Source: Terriglobia bacterium
Lineage (GTDB): Bacteria; Acidobacteriota; Terriglobia; Terriglobales; Acidobacteriaceae
Direction: 5' to 3'
Assembly: GCA_041485425.1 (NCBI GenBank)
Contig: JBGPJK010000001.1
Coordinates: forward strand, 1-46,262
Length of the DNA stretch: 46,262 bases
Under the pieces are notes generated by a model. The model was not told the origin of the DNA and did no database searches. It saw only the letters and a list, made by a program, of their open reading frames with translations. The translations under genes and the position numbers were made by a program. Below, one piece after another: positions 25,397-35,553 of this stretch. Positions within the stretch are counted from its first letter, which is position 1, and each line of letters starts with the position of its first letter.

Positions 25397-27817
25397 ATGG
25401 AAACTCTTCTTCATGACCTTGGCTACGGCTTTCGCATGCTGCGCAAGTCTCCCGGCTTCACCGCCGTCGCCGTGCTTACGTTGGCCCTCGGTGTGGGCGC
25501 CAACACCGCCATCTTCAGCGTGGTGAATGCGGTGTTGCTGCATCCGTTGCCTTTTGGTGAGCCCGAACGGGTGGTGGCCGTATTTGAAACCAATTTCTCC
25601 CGCGGATTTTTCCAGGAAACTCTTTCCCCGGCCAACTTCCTCGATCTCAGCCAGCAGAATCAGGTTTTCAGCGCGGTGGCAGCGTACCTGCGTGGTCCGA
25701 TGGCGCTGACCGGGCGCGGCGAAGCCACTAAGGTCCGCGCAGTGACGGCTTCACCCAGCTTGTTCGCGGTTCTTGGCATCACGCCGTTCATAGGCCGAGG
25801 CTTCATCACGGGAGACGGACAGGCAGGGCATGACCACGTGGTCGTCCTGAGTCACCAGTTATGGACAACACGGTTTGGGGCCGATGCTGGCATCATCGGG
25901 AAGATGGCGCGGCTGGATGGCGAGGATTACGTCGTTGTCGGGGTCATGCCGGCTGAGTTCCAGTTTCCACTTTCCGGTTCCGACGTTTGGGTGCCGCTCC
26001 ATTTCAAGGACAGCCTTTGGGCGCAGCGAGGCGCGCATTTCCTCTCCGGCGTGGCACGGCTGAAACCCGGAGTTTCCCTCGCCAAAGCGACCGCGGACCT
26101 CGAGACCATCGGCGCCCGGCTGGCTGCGGAATACCAGAGGACGAACAAGGGTTTCAGCTTTGGAGCGCTCGAGTTCCGGAATGCGTTGGTCGGCGACGTC
26201 AAGCCCGCACTGTTGATCCTGCTGGCTTCGGTAGTGCTGGTCGTACTGATCGCGTGCGCCAATATCGCGAACCTGTTGCTGGCTCGTGCCAGCGAGCGTG
26301 ACCGCGAGGTGGCGATTCGCACCGCTCTGGGCGCAACGCCCTTCCGTTTGGGACGGCAGCTCTTGACCGAGAGCCTTCTGCTGTCGACCCTGGGGGCCGC
26401 TGCTGGACTGATTCTGGCGGCGTGGGGGATCAAGATTATTCTACTGTATGGCCCCCGGGACATTCCGCGGATCCAGGGCGTCCACATTGACGGCAGCGTC
26501 CTGGCCTTCAGCGCGGTGCTAGCAGGAATCACGGGAGTGATCTTCGGCATCTTTCCGGCGCTGCGGGCGGCCCGCCCGGACCTGAACCAGTCGCTGAAAT
26601 CCGGCACCCGGACCACTGGGGACCGCGAGGGCAGGTGGTTGCGCAGCTCTCTGGTCGCCAGCGAGCTTGCTCTTTCGCTGGTACTGCTGGCGGGCGCAGG
26701 ACTTTTGCTGCGGAGTTTCCTGCAATTGCAGTCGGTGGACCCTGGGTTCAATCCGGTAGACGTTTTGACCTTCGACCTCTCGCTGCCCCAGGTGGGCTAT
26801 CCCAACGGCGGCCGCGTTGCTGCCTTCAGCAACGACTTGCTGCAGCGCCTGCAGGCTCTGCCCGGCGTCGAGTCGGCAGCCGTCGTGAACCCCCGGCCAT
26901 TGAGTGGAGACGACTACAGCAGTTCATTCACGATCAAGGGGCAACTCTCCGCTCCGGGCGACGACGACCGCAGCGCACAAGTGCGCATCGTAAGCCGCGA
27001 CTATTTCCGCACCCTGCAGATTCCGCTGTTGCGCGGCCGGCTGTTCCAGACTACCGACCGCCGCGATGCTCCCCCGGTCGTCGTGCTGAGCCGTAATGCC
27101 GAAAAGAATTTTTTTCCAAGGGTTGATGCGCTTGGGCAGCAGATGAACTTCGGTGCGCGCATCGGCTACGACAAGGTCGGCGGGGAGATCGTCGGCATTG
27201 TCGGTGATGTCCACGATTTCGGTCTCGACGTGGCGCCTCCTCCGGATGCCTACGTACTACAGGACCAGGCTGGGGTCGGTGAGATGAGTCTGCTGGTGCG
27301 CACCGAAGGAGACCCGACCACCCTGGCCGCGGCCGTGCGCGAACAGGTGCATGCCGTCGACAACAACCTGCCGGTCGCGGCCATGTCCACCATGGAAGTC
27401 GCCATGGGCGAATCGCTGGCGCAACGGCGGTTCTACATGCTGTTGTTGGGCCTGTTTGCTGCCATCGCCATCTCTCTGGCGGCTGTAGGCGTGTATGGCG
27501 TGATGTCTTATTCCGTCGGACGCCGGACGCAGGAGATCGGTATCCGCCTGGCGCTGGGCGCCAGACACCAGCAGGTCCTCAAGCTGGTGATGACGCAAGC
27601 CGCACGCCTGGTGGCTGCCGGACTGATTGTGGGGCTGGTCGTCGCTGCCGCGAGTGGCCGGGCGCTGGCCGGGCTTCTGTTCGGGATCAGCGCTAGTGAC
27701 CCGCTAATCCTTGGAGGCGTCTCCGCTACCTTGGCGGTGGTGGCGATGCTGGCCGGCTATTTACCCGCCCGCCGCGTATTGAAGGTCGATCCGTTGGTGG
27801 CGCTAAGAGACGAATAA
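25397..27817 (+). CDS. ADOP-family duplicated FtsX/MacB-type ABC permease, copy 4
   Basis: 806 aa. [21 protein letters not shown] ... VDPLVALRDE. There is a 1-nt gap to copy 3. Confidence 0.9.
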   Translation: METLLHDLGYGFRMLRKSPGFTAVAVLTLALGVGANTAIFSVVNAVLLHPLPFGEPERVVAVFETNFSRGFFQETLSPANFLDLSQQNQVFSAVAAYLRGPMALTGRGEATKVRAVTASPSLFAVLGITPFIGRGFITGDGQAGHDHVVVLSHQLWTTRFGADAGIIGKMARLDGEDYVVVGVMPAEFQFPLSGSDVWVPLHFKDSLWAQRGAHFLSGVARLKPGVSLAKATADLETIGARLAAEYQRTNKGFSFGALEFRNALVGDVKPALLILLASVVLVVLIACANIANLLLARASERDREVAIRTALGATPFRLGRQLLTESLLLSTLGAAAGLILAAWGIKIILLYGPRDIPRIQGVHIDGSVLAFSAVLAGITGVIFGIFPALRAARPDLNQSLKSGTRTTGDREGRWLRSSLVASELALSLVLLAGAGLLLRSFLQLQSVDPGFNPVDVLTFDLSLPQVGYPNGGRVAAFSNDLLQRLQALPGVESAAVVNPRPLSGDDYSSSFTIKGQLSAPGDDDRSAQVRIVSRDYFRTLQIPLLRGRLFQTTDRRDAPPVVVLSRNAEKNFFPRVDALGQQMNFGARIGYDKVGGEIVGIVGDVHDFGLDVAPPPDAYVLQDQAGVGEMSLLVRTEGDPTTLAAAVREQVHAVDNNLPVAAMSTMEVAMGESLAQRRFYMLLLGLFAAIAISLAAVGVYGVMSYSVGRRTQEIGIRLALGARHQQVLKLVMTQAARLVAAGLIVGLVVAAASGRALAGLLFGISASDPLILGGVSATLAVVAMLAGYLPARRVLKVDPLVALRDE

Positions 27818-27855
27818 CCCCGGGGGTTCGAAGCCCTTTGCGTGAGGTCCAAACC

Positions 27856-28572
27856 ATGATTCAACTGCGAAACATTGAACGGCTCTACAAGACCGGCGCG
27901 GGCGCAACCTATGTGCTCCGCCGCATCAACCTCGAGATCCGTCAAGGCGACTTCGTTACCGTCATGGGCCCCTCCGGAGCAGGGAAGTCGACGCTGCTCA
28001 GCATTCTCGGCATGCTCGACGACGCTTGGACCGGCGAGTACCACTTTCTCGATCACGCCGTCCACAAGTTGGATCGCAAGAAGCGGGCGGACCTGAACCG
28101 TCAGTACATCGGTTTTGTATTTCAGAGCTATCACCTGCTGGACAGCCTCACCGTGTACGAAAACCTCGACGTGCCACTTTCCTACCGCAACATTTCCCGC
28201 GCGCAGCGCGCCAGCATGGTGGCCGAGGCTCTGGACCGTTTCCAAATCGTCGGGAAAAAAGACCTGTACCCCAGCCAGCTTTCCGGCGGGCAGCAGCAGT
28301 TGGTGGGCGTGGCCCGCGCGGTGGTGGGAAATCCAAAGTTGATTCTTGCTGATGAGCCCACCGGCAATCTCCACTCCAGCCAGGCCAAGGAAATCATGGA
28401 GCTGTTCAAGCGGCTGAACGACCAGGGCACGACCATCGTGCAAGTGACGCACTCGGAAGTAAACGCCGCCTGCGGCAACCGCACCATTCAGTTGTTTGAT
28501 GGCTGGATTACCAACGAGCCGAAGGGCGAACCGAACAATGCCCCGGCAGTTGTGGGACAACCTCAGAGGTAG
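27856..28572 (+). CDS. ABC transporter ATP-binding protein (MacB/LolD-type), copy 2, with atypical signature/D-loop residues
   Basis: The ATG at 27856 has GAGG 8 nt upstream (the ORF opens at a TTG at 27838). Walker [10 protein letters not shown]. The signature is [15 protein letters not shown] (Leu where copy 1 has Arg). Walker B plus D-loop is [12 protein letters not shown] (His where copy 1 has Asp). H-loop VTHS. Confidence 0.9.
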   Translation: MIQLRNIERLYKTGAGATYVLRRINLEIRQGDFVTVMGPSGAGKSTLLSILGMLDDAWTGEYHFLDHAVHKLDRKKRADLNRQYIGFVFQSYHLLDSLTVYENLDVPLSYRNISRAQRASMVAEALDRFQIVGKKDLYPSQLSGGQQQLVGVARAVVGNPKLILADEPTGNLHSSQAKEIMELFKRLNDQGTTIVQVTHSEVNAACGNRTIQLFDGWITNEPKGEPNNAPAVVGQPQR

Positions 28573-28577
28573 CCGGC

Positions 28578-31001
28578 ATGGACAAGCTCGCACACGATCT
28601 TCGTTTCGGTTTCCGCATGTTGGTGAAGAATCCAGCATTCGCCATCGTGGCGGTGCTGACCCTCGCGCTGGGCATCGGTGCGAACACCGCGATCTTCAGC
28701 GTGGTGAACGCGGCTCTGCTGCGCGCGCTTCCCTACAAAGATCCGGACCGGCTGGTGCTGCTTTGGAGCAACGAATCCGGCGACGACCGCGACCAGGTTT
28801 CCTACACCGACGTCGACGATTACCGTACGCAGAGCAAGTCCTTCGAAAACCTGGTGACTTTTGGCGACTGGAGCGCCACCTTTACCGGAGAAGGCGATCC
28901 CGCCCGGATTCCCGCCATGCAGGTCTCGGATGGCTATTTCTCGCTGATGGGCGCGAAGTTTGCCTTGGGACGCGAGTTTCTGCCGCAGGAACAGATTGAT
29001 GGCAGGGACCAGGTCATCATCCTGACGTACGGTTTGTGGCAGCGGCGATTCAGCGGCGATCCGCAGGTGATTGGAAAACAAATCACGTTGAGCGGCAAAC
29101 CGTACACGATCGTCGGGGTGACGCCGCAGGACTTTCCCATGCTGCCCTCCACGCTGGTGGACGGGCCGGCGCAGTTCTACCGGCCGGAAGCGGATAAGCA
29201 TAACGACAAGGAACGCTTGTCGCGGCATCTACGGGCAATCGGGCGGTTGAAGCCGGGGGTGACGCTCGCCCGGGCACAGGCAGACTTGGAGGTGATCAAT
29301 CGGCGGTTGGCGCAGCAGTATCCGGACGCTTACGCGACCACCGGCGTCCGGCTGGTCAAGCTCCAGGATGACATTGCGGCGCGCTTGCGTCCGGCGCTGC
29401 TGGTGCTTTTGGGAGCGATCGGATTCCTGCTGCTGATTGCCTGCGCGAACGTGTCGAACCTCCTGCTGGCGCGGGCAACGGTGCGCGAGAAGGAGATCGC
29501 GATCCGGGCGGCACTGGGAGCGAGCCGTTGGCGGTTGGCTCGCCAGGCTTTGACCGAGAGCCTGCTGCTCGCCCTGTGCGGCGGAGCGCTGGGAGTTTTA
29601 CTGGCGCTGTGGGGAACCGGCCTGGTCGTGGCCGTCGGCTCCAAGGTTCTGCCCGAACTGGTTGGGGTCACGATGGACGTGCGGGTTTTAGCGTTCACCG
29701 CCGCGATCAGTGTCTTGACCGGGCTTCTGTTCGGCCTGTTTCCCGCGTTGCAGCTTTCGACAGTCACGCTTCATGACAGTCTCAAAGAAGGAGCGAGGAG
29801 CTCAGGCTCCGCTCACGGACAATTCCGGAAGGTGCTTGCGGTCAGCGAGATCGCACTATCGCTGGTGCTGCTGGCAGGTGCGGGGCTGCTGCTGCGGACT
29901 TTTGCCAAGATCCGTGATGTGGATCCGGGGTTTCGTTATGACCACATTCTGACCATGGACATTGGGCTGCCGTCGGCGAAATATCCCGCGGGCACGGCTA
30001 AGCCCCTGGCGTTCTACCGCGAACTGCTGGGACGCATCAGCGCGCTTCCAGGTGTGGAATCCGCCGGTGCGGTAAGCATCTTGCCGCTGGGTGGGAATTT
30101 CGATACCGCTGGAATCGAGCCGGAAGGATTCGCTTTTGGTCCCGGCCAGATGCCGTATCCCGAGCGTTACATGGTCACCCCCGGATATTTGCATGCGTTG
30201 GGAATCCGCCTGGTGCGCGGGCGGCTGCTTACGGACGCCGACAACGAAAATGTTCCACTCGTCGTCCTGGTTTCTGAAACCGCCGCGCAGCGCTGGTGGC
30301 CCAATCAGAATCCCATCGGCAGACACATCAAGGCACCCGGATTTGATGACAGCCCGCCGCCCTGGCGCATGGTGGTCGGAGTTGTCCAGGACGTGAAGCA
30401 AGCCGGGCTGGATGCGCCGCGCACCATGCAGGTCTATCTACCGCATGCGCAGTACAGAAATGGATACATGACCCTCGTGGTGCGGACCAAGTCCGACCCG
30501 TTGAGCCTTGCCGGGGAAGTACGGCAACAGGTCCGCCAGGTGGATCCCGACCAGGCAGTATCAAACATCGCCACCATGGACCAGGTGCTCTCCGATTCCA
30601 TCGCCTCACGACGCTTCACGACCGTGCTGCTGGGCACGCTGGCAGCTTTGGGCGTGCTGCTGGCTTCGGTGGGCGTGTACGGGATCCTTTCCTACGGCGT
30701 GGCGCAACGGACGCGCGAGATCGGAATCCGGATGGCCCTGGGCGCGGCGCCAACCGACGTGCTGTCCCTGTTCCTGGGCCAGGGGCTGAAATTGCTGCTG
30801 GCGGGTGTGGTGGCGGGAATGCTCGCGGCTCTGGCATTGACCCGGCTGATGAAGGGTTTGCTGTTTGGGGTGAGCGCGAGCGATCCAGCGACATTCGCCG
30901 GGATCGCGCTCTTCCTTGGTGGAGTGGCTTTGCTGGCCTGCTTCTTGCCCGCACGCGCCGCCACCCGGGTCGATCCCATGGTGGCGCTGCGGCACGATTA
31001 G
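28578..31001 (+). CDS. ADOP-family duplicated FtsX/MacB-type ABC permease, copy 5
   Basis: 807 aa. [21 protein letters not shown] ... [10 protein letters not shown]. There is a 5-nt gap after ATPase 2. Confidence 0.9.
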   Translation: MDKLAHDLRFGFRMLVKNPAFAIVAVLTLALGIGANTAIFSVVNAALLRALPYKDPDRLVLLWSNESGDDRDQVSYTDVDDYRTQSKSFENLVTFGDWSATFTGEGDPARIPAMQVSDGYFSLMGAKFALGREFLPQEQIDGRDQVIILTYGLWQRRFSGDPQVIGKQITLSGKPYTIVGVTPQDFPMLPSTLVDGPAQFYRPEADKHNDKERLSRHLRAIGRLKPGVTLARAQADLEVINRRLAQQYPDAYATTGVRLVKLQDDIAARLRPALLVLLGAIGFLLLIACANVSNLLLARATVREKEIAIRAALGASRWRLARQALTESLLLALCGGALGVLLALWGTGLVVAVGSKVLPELVGVTMDVRVLAFTAAISVLTGLLFGLFPALQLSTVTLHDSLKEGARSSGSAHGQFRKVLAVSEIALSLVLLAGAGLLLRTFAKIRDVDPGFRYDHILTMDIGLPSAKYPAGTAKPLAFYRELLGRISALPGVESAGAVSILPLGGNFDTAGIEPEGFAFGPGQMPYPERYMVTPGYLHALGIRLVRGRLLTDADNENVPLVVLVSETAAQRWWPNQNPIGRHIKAPGFDDSPPPWRMVVGVVQDVKQAGLDAPRTMQVYLPHAQYRNGYMTLVVRTKSDPLSLAGEVRQQVRQVDPDQAVSNIATMDQVLSDSIASRRFTTVLLGTLAALGVLLASVGVYGILSYGVAQRTREIGIRMALGAAPTDVLSLFLGQGLKLLLAGVVAGMLAALALTRLMKGLLFGVSASDPATFAGIALFLGGVALLACFLPARAATRVDPMVALRHD

Positions 31002-31030
31002 AGCAGCTGGGGCAAATCGAACAGGAGCTT

Positions 31031-33529
31031 ATGCACACAGTCATACGTGATCTTCGCTATGGCGCCAGGATGCTGGTCAAGAATCCCGGCTTCACCCTGA
31101 TTGCGGTCCTCACACTGGCTCTCGGCATCGGGGCGAACACGGCAATTTTCTCGCTCGCCGACCAGGTTCTGCTGCGCTATCTTCCGGTGCCACATCCCGA
31201 GGAACTTGTCCTGTTACGATCGCCGGGCCCCAGTCCCGGAAACGTCAACAGCGATTTAGACGAGGCCGCGTCTTTCTCCTATCCGATTTACAAAGACCTC
31301 CGCGATCAGAACCAGGTTTTCACCGGGCTCCTGACGCGCTACGCCATCGGAGTGAGCTTGGCGGGCGGCTCGCAGATCGAACGCGCCCGGGGGGAACTGG
31401 TCTCGGGCAATTATTTCGATGTCCTTGGCGTCCGCCCGGCATTGGGACGCGTCTTCTCCGCCCAGGATGAAACCGCGCCGGGAGCGAACCCGGTCGCGGT
31501 CTTGAGTTACGGCTACTGGCAGCGGCGTTTCGCCGGCAATCCTGGCATTCTCAATCAGACCCTCACTGTGAATGGAACTCCCCTTACGGTTGTGGGGGTC
31601 TCGAGTCCGGGCTTCGCCGGCGTGCAGGTTGGGCAAGTCCCCGATGTGTTCATTCCCATCACCATGAAGGCGCAGATGATGCCCAACACCAGCGAGCTGG
31701 ACAATCGATCCGACGCCTTTCTGGCTTTGCTTGGGCGCTTGAAACCAGGGTTGACGCTGGCCCAGGCGCAGGCGGGCCTGCAGCCGGTCTATCGCCAGAT
31801 TCTGCAAGCCGAGGTACCGCTGCGCAAAATCTCTCAGACAAGACAGGCGGAGTTTCTCGCCAAACCGCTTCTGCTTGAAACCGGCTCCCATGGCCGCCAG
31901 ATTCTGCAGCATGACGCGCGAGCGCCCCTGCTGACTCTCATGGCGATGGTCGGCTTGGTGCTGCTGATCACCTGTGCCAACCTGGCCAGCCTTCTGATCG
32001 CACGCGGAGTGGCGCGGCGGCGCGAGATTGCCGTCCGCATGGCGCTCGGCGCCGATCGCTGGAAGATTGTGCGCCAGCTCCTGGCCGAACCTCTCCTCTT
32101 GTCTGTGGCGGGCGGGGTGGTGGGCCTGATGCTGGGTTCCTGGGCGCTTGCAGCCATTGTGCGCGCCATCCCGTCCGACATCGGCGCCACGGGCCTGAAC
32201 CCTACTCTCGACTGGCGTGTGCTGGTATTTACTTTTGGCGTGTCGCTCCTGGCCGGCCTTCTGTTTGGATTGGCTCCGGCCTTCAGCAGCGCGCGCGTGG
32301 AATTGGCCGACAGCCTGAAGGAGCAGACTTCCACGGGCAATCTGGCTCGCGTCCGGCTGCGCCGTGCACTCATCGTCGCGCAAGTTGCTTTGACCACCGT
32401 GCTGCTGATTGGGGCCGGTCTGTTTGCGCATAGCCTCTACAACCTCAAGACTGTGGACCTCGGCGTCCGTCCCGATCACGTCATCCAGTTCTCGGTCGCA
32501 CCCGAACTGGATCGCTATTCTCCCGCCCAGACCCGCGCCCTGGCGGATCGCATCCGCGACACCATCGCCGTGATGCCGGGTGTCCAGGCGGTGAGCGCTG
32601 CTGCGATTCCGGTGTTCCAGAACAGCGATGCCGGCTCCAACATCACCGTCGAAGGCTACACTTTCGCTCCGAATGAGGAGCCCCATGTGCTGAAGAACTG
32701 GATTGCGGCAAGGTACTTCGGCACCATGGGCACACCCCTGCTGGAAGGCCGCGAATTTACCGAGGCCGATACCTCTCAAAGCCCCGAGGTGGCCATCATC
32801 AACGAAAGCGTGGCCCGGCGCTTCTTCACTGGGCGCGACCCTCTGCAGTATCGCTTGGTCTTCGGCGCCGGCAAGGACGTGCATCCCGATATTCAGATTG
32901 TCGGTGTGGTCAAGGACAGCAAGCATGAAGACCCGCGCGACCCCATTCACCCGTTTGTCTATCTTCCCCTCGCCCAGTTGAAGGACCTTGGCCGGGCGAC
33001 CTTCTACGTGCGTACTGCGCAGGATCCGGGCGTGATGAGCGATGCAGTTCGCAAGTCGGTTGCGTCCATCGATGCCAGCCTGCCCATCTACGATCTGAAG
33101 ACGCTCACCGCACAAATAAATGAGTCTCTATTCACCGACCGTCTGGTGGCATTTCTCTCGGTGGGTTTGGGATTGCTATCCGCGTTGCTGGCAGCGATGG
33201 GACTGTACGGAGTGATGGCGTACACCGTGGCTCGCCGTATCCGTGAAATCGGCATTCGCATGGCGCTGGGAGCCACGCGGGAAGGCGTGGCCTGGATGGT
33301 GTTGCGCGAGGTGGTGCGCATGGCCGCCCTCGGGCTGCTCATCGGAGTGCCCGTAGCTTTTGCCGTCGGGCGCTTCGCGGAAGCGACCCTCTATGGCGTG
33401 AAAGCAGGCGATCCGCCGGCCTACGCCCTGGCCGCCGTCTTTCTGGGTGTGCTGGCCCTGCTGGCAGGCTCGTTGCCCGCCCGCCGCGCCACCGCGGTCG
33501 ATCCCATGGTGGCGCTGCGTTACGAGTAG
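31031..33529 (+). CDS. ADOP-family duplicated FtsX/MacB-type ABC permease, copy 6
   Basis: 832 aa. MHTVIRDLRYGARMLVKNPGF ... [15 protein letters not shown] lies upstream of the ATG. Confidence 0.9.
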   Translation: MHTVIRDLRYGARMLVKNPGFTLIAVLTLALGIGANTAIFSLADQVLLRYLPVPHPEELVLLRSPGPSPGNVNSDLDEAASFSYPIYKDLRDQNQVFTGLLTRYAIGVSLAGGSQIERARGELVSGNYFDVLGVRPALGRVFSAQDETAPGANPVAVLSYGYWQRRFAGNPGILNQTLTVNGTPLTVVGVSSPGFAGVQVGQVPDVFIPITMKAQMMPNTSELDNRSDAFLALLGRLKPGLTLAQAQAGLQPVYRQILQAEVPLRKISQTRQAEFLAKPLLLETGSHGRQILQHDARAPLLTLMAMVGLVLLITCANLASLLIARGVARRREIAVRMALGADRWKIVRQLLAEPLLLSVAGGVVGLMLGSWALAAIVRAIPSDIGATGLNPTLDWRVLVFTFGVSLLAGLLFGLAPAFSSARVELADSLKEQTSTGNLARVRLRRALIVAQVALTTVLLIGAGLFAHSLYNLKTVDLGVRPDHVIQFSVAPELDRYSPAQTRALADRIRDTIAVMPGVQAVSAAAIPVFQNSDAGSNITVEGYTFAPNEEPHVLKNWIAARYFGTMGTPLLEGREFTEADTSQSPEVAIINESVARRFFTGRDPLQYRLVFGAGKDVHPDIQIVGVVKDSKHEDPRDPIHPFVYLPLAQLKDLGRATFYVRTAQDPGVMSDAVRKSVASIDASLPIYDLKTLTAQINESLFTDRLVAFLSVGLGLLSALLAAMGLYGVMAYTVARRIREIGIRMALGATREGVAWMVLREVVRMAALGLLIGVPVAFAVGRFAEATLYGVKAGDPPAYALAAVFLGVLALLAGSLPARRATAVDPMVALRYE

Positions 33530-33562
33530 AAATCGATCCTGGTACGGAGCTGCGGGAGACTA

Positions 33563-35542
33563 ATGAGCAGAAAAAACCGTGTCGAGTTCGAGCTGCGCCG
33601 TGGGATTGGCTCAGCTCTCCGGGCTGGTGTCCTTGTGTCGTTGTGGGCTGCGATTGCCGTTGCACAATCGGTGCCCGCCTACGTAAAACCAGCCTCCCAT
33701 TTTCCCAACTTGATCGGGCCATACATCGCCCGCCAGGTTCCAGAGCCCACGTTCGGCAATACGCCGCGCCTGGAGACTCTCATGAAGGACGGCAAGCTCA
33801 TGCTATCGCTCAGCGATGCCGTCACCCTGGCGTTGGAGAACAATCTCGATCTGGCCATCGCCCGCTACAACCTCAACATTGCGGATACCGACATCCTGCG
33901 TGCCAAGTCGGGTGCGAGCGTGCGCGGAGTGGCTACGGGACTGGTGCAGGGCACGCCCGGCGGTGGCATCGGCGGCTTCGGCACCGGCGCGTCCGGCGCC
34001 GGAGCCGGGGGCACCACTGGCGGAGCCGGCGGCGCGGGCACCGGAGCCTCCGGTCTGGTGGAGTCCACCCTCGGAACCGGAGCGCCGGTTGACACCTACG
34101 ATCCAATCTTGAATGCCGGTCTCAGGATCGAGCACGGCACTTTTCCCCTCTCCAGCAACGTGCTCAGTGGACAAGTCCCCTTCTTGCAGCAGAATCTGGG
34201 AATCGCGAACTTCAACTATTTCCAGGCCTTCCGTTCCGGCACCAGCATGTCGGTTGATTTCGACAACTCCCGGAGCACCGACAATACAACCACCAGCACT
34301 CTGGTGCCGCAGGTGCAGTCCGGCTTTCGTTTTACCCTGCGACAGCGGCTCCTCTCCGGTTTCGGCCTTGGACCGAACACACGGTTCATTCGCATCGCGC
34401 ACAACAACCGCGAAATCTCTGACGTTGCCTTCCGCAATCAGGTGATCGCGACGGTGTCGCAGATCCAGAACATCTATTGGGACCTGGTCAACGCCTACGA
34501 GGACGTGAGAGTCAAAGAGCGTTCCCTGGCGCTTGCCGATAAAACCCTCTCCGACGATCGCGAGCAGGTGAAGCTTGGAGCACTGGCGCCCATCGAAGTC
34601 TTGCGCGCAGAGAGCGAAGTAGCAGCCCGCAACCAGGACCTCCTGCTTTCGCAGAACGAGTTGCAGTTGCAGGAATTGCTCATCAAGAACGCAATCACCC
34701 GCGATTTGAGCGACCTGGTGGTGGCTTCGGCGCCGGTCGTGCCCACCGATACCATGAGCATCTCCGAGCAGGAAGCGGTGACGCCGGTGCAGGATCTGAT
34801 CGGAGATGCGCTCTCCCACCGTCCTGAACTCGCGGAGGCTCGCATTGATCTTCATAACCGCGACCTCAGCCGCAAAGCCACGGCGAACGCCATGTTGCCT
34901 ACCATGGATCTCATCGCCTGGTACGGGGCTTCTGGAATTGCGGGTGAGCAGAACCTGAACAACACCAGCTTGCCGCCAGGTACGATTTCACGCTCGGGGT
35001 TCCCCAATGCCTTCGCGACCCTGTTCCGAAACGATTTTCCCGACTACGCCATCGGTCTGAACATCACCATCCCGCTGCGCAACCGGGCCGCACAGGCTGA
35101 CGAAATACGGTCCCAGTTGGAGTACCGCCAGGCGCAACTTCGTCTGCAACAATTGCAGAACCAGATCGGGATCGAAGTCCGCAATGCGCAGTTTGCCCTG
35201 CAGCAGAATCGGGCCCGGGTCAACACTTCCCGCAAGGCGCGCGAACTGGCGCGGCAGACCCTGGAAATCGAGCAGAAAAAGTATGGCCTCGGCGCCTCCA
35301 CCAGCTACCAGGTTCTGCAATTCCAGAGAGATCTGGCGCAGGCCGAGTCGAACCTGGTGACGGCCATGTCGGCCTACGAGAAATCGCGCGTCGAGCTGGA
35401 TCGCGTCACCGGCTTGACCCTGTCCCATAGCGGCATCGAACTCCAGGACGCCGAGAGCGGCCATGTTGGGGTCGTTCCCAGCCTGCCTGGTGTGGCTCCA
35501 CGGTCCGACCCTCCTTCTATCGAAGGGCCGCCTCCGAGTTAG
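33563..35542 (+). CDS. TolC-family outer-membrane efflux duct with Gly-rich insert
   Basis: 659 aa with a signal peptide (VLVSLWAAIAVAQS). LSLSDAVTLALENNLDLAIARYNLNIADTDILRAK is the canonical TolC/OEP N-terminal helix. A second OEP repeat is present (IEVLRAESEVA..., YEKSRVELDRVTG). A Gly-rich low-complexity segment spans aa ~121-175. Confidence 0.9.
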   Translation: MSRKNRVEFELRRGIGSALRAGVLVSLWAAIAVAQSVPAYVKPASHFPNLIGPYIARQVPEPTFGNTPRLETLMKDGKLMLSLSDAVTLALENNLDLAIARYNLNIADTDILRAKSGASVRGVATGLVQGTPGGGIGGFGTGASGAGAGGTTGGAGGAGTGASGLVESTLGTGAPVDTYDPILNAGLRIEHGTFPLSSNVLSGQVPFLQQNLGIANFNYFQAFRSGTSMSVDFDNSRSTDNTTTSTLVPQVQSGFRFTLRQRLLSGFGLGPNTRFIRIAHNNREISDVAFRNQVIATVSQIQNIYWDLVNAYEDVRVKERSLALADKTLSDDREQVKLGALAPIEVLRAESEVAARNQDLLLSQNELQLQELLIKNAITRDLSDLVVASAPVVPTDTMSISEQEAVTPVQDLIGDALSHRPELAEARIDLHNRDLSRKATANAMLPTMDLIAWYGASGIAGEQNLNNTSLPPGTISRSGFPNAFATLFRNDFPDYAIGLNITIPLRNRAAQADEIRSQLEYRQAQLRLQQLQNQIGIEVRNAQFALQQNRARVNTSRKARELARQTLEIEQKKYGLGASTSYQVLQFQRDLAQAESNLVTAMSAYEKSRVELDRVTGLTLSHSGIELQDAESGHVGVVPSLPGVAPRSDPPSIEGPPPS

Positions 35543-35553
35543 GACAATCAGCC

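Noticed and set aside
31256-33115. A 619-aa ORF on the minus strand inside ADOP permease 6.
   Set aside because: It is fully antisense to a gene with strong family motifs. Its product is Arg/Gly/Ala/His-rich with no motifs and no SD. This is a typical long shadow ORF of a GC-rich genome.
18045-33529. A ~2.45-kb periodic repetition that could suggest a repeat array, mobile element copies or a CRISPR-like structure.
   Set aside because: The repeats are six full-length, diverged paralogous permease genes. Only the termini are strongly conserved. There are no short direct repeats with spacers, no terminal inverted repeats and no transposase.
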